Position numbers and translations under genes: made by a program. This document shows, in pieces, positions 62,613-64,000 of a stretch of 64,000 nucleotides of DNA. Within the stretch, counting starts at the first letter, position 1. Each line of letters opens with the position of its first letter. A model generated the notes under the pieces. That model had not been told where the DNA came from, ran no database searches, and saw only the letters and a program-made list of their open reading frames with translations. The DNA is from Lama glama (lineage: Eukaryota): positions 66,466,001-66,530,000 of the forward strand of contig CM052817.1 in the NCBI GenBank assembly GCA_028534125.1, given 5' to 3'.

Positions 62613-64000
62613 AAAAGATGCTGGCCCTCAGTGTCCATGGTGTGCTTGAGCAGGAAGAGTCATAGATCCAGGGGAACCTTGAGAGTTGCGTGAAAGATCC
62701 TTTGGGTAGCAGCCAGCAGATTTAAGTGACAGGAGCAGCACTTGTCTGCTTACTGGGAGGCATCTTTGGGGAGAGAATGACCTAATCCCGATGGCTCCAG
62801 CAGTCCTGGGAGAAGCTGAACATTCTATTCAGTAGGCAAAGCTTAATTCCCTCACCCCCAGACGCCATGCCCAAGCAGGAGAATCACTGGTTTTAAGTTA
62901 TTATGTTTTCAGTTCCAGAGGAACAAAGACTTCTTTGACACTGCCTTAGAGATCCCAGGAACCTGAACAGGTTTGAGGGAGCCGAGACAGAGGATCAGGC
63001 AAGGAAAACTTACAACCTACTTAAGGAAGGGAGATTAGGCCAATAATCAGAAACAGTAGCTCCTACTGAATCAGAAATAATGGAAGAGACAGAAATAAAT
63101 AGAAGAGGCTGTAACAAAAGAGAAATGAAAACTATTTCCAAGTAGGTAAAGTCAAAGAAAAAACCCTCTGGAACTAAAAATTGCTCACCAAGAATTATGC
63201 AATGTGTCTAAATATCTGCTTTTAAAAATATCTGCAAGAGTAAAAGTTGAACAACATAAAACCTTTCCATTATTAAATTTGTAGAGAAATCAAAATCCAA
63301 AAATTAAACCCCACTGCCCTCCAATCAGAGATAGCTTGCTCAGATAACTGGGTAGGATCAGGGTTCTTTCTATAGCAGAATTGTTGGCTGTCTTTTATTG
63401 ATATGGAAATAATTTTTTCAGACACTCTGAAGCTAAATTATTTCAATTCGAAATCTTTCTCCACTTTTTAAACAATCCTAAGAGTTGAAAGTTCACATAA
63501 GATTATTTTTGCACCAGCGTCACACACTAAAAAATTTGAAATAAACTAACCCCTGGACCAAAAAGAGTCATCCCAGTCAAAATTTTGTGTTCTCAGAACC
63601 TAGATTTTAGTACAGGCTGAATCCATGTACCAATTTCCAAGCAACACAGGAAAGATCATTTGTATCCAAATAAGTGAAAATCATGTATCATATTTGCCAG
63701 GATAACGTTCAGTTCAGTCTGTGTCAATTGCCTGAAAGCACAACCTTTGAACTTATTTCTGAGAAGTCCTCCAAATATTATATTAGGTGGATAGAGATCT
63801 CTCAGGAATATGACCTACTGTCCCAGGAAGTGATATTTGAGACTTCCCTGCTATCTTATGAAATCTTGAAATTTACAAGACTATCATTGCCAGTTACCGG
63901 GTCTTAATTTGAGATATGCCTCTTCGCACCCTGTATCTTCAGAGTCTGTGAATGCCCCCTTTACAAGTTTTGTGTTTCCAGCATCCTGGCACTGAGTTGA

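Noticed and set aside
1..64000. A novel multi-gene or prokaryote-style system (CRISPR array, operon, defence island)
   Set aside because: No regularly spaced repeat-spacer array and no long ORFs. The content is explained by two BANK1 exons, introns and mammalian interspersed repeats.

Overview
This is mammalian genomic DNA, AT-rich and repeat-rich, lying inside the BANK1 gene (B-cell scaffold protein with ankyrin repeats 1) on the + strand. The window holds the distal part of intron 1 (the canonical first exon is not in view), exon 2 (26508-26906, 399 bp, TIR-like domain), a 34.3-kb intron 2, exon 3 (61218-61372, 155 bp) and the start of intron 3. Two short tRNA-derived SINEs of Vic-1 type and young L1 3' ends point to a camelid genome (inference). 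The rest is mostly old MIR, L2, L1M, MaLR/ERVL LTR and hAT DNA-transposon debris. Repeat family names and human BANK1 comparisons come from recall, not from a search, and boundaries of old repeats are approximate. I see no evidence of a wholly new biological system. The best leads are: (1) a TSD-bounded L1 3' transduction at 59461-59760; (2) a candidate alternative first exon/promoter near 14700-15300 whose ORF would splice in frame into exon 2; (3) a twin-primed, 5'-inverted L1 at 62000-62623; (4) a weak exon-2 donor followed by a T16 tract; (5) a B-cell-type motif cluster at 9190-9525.
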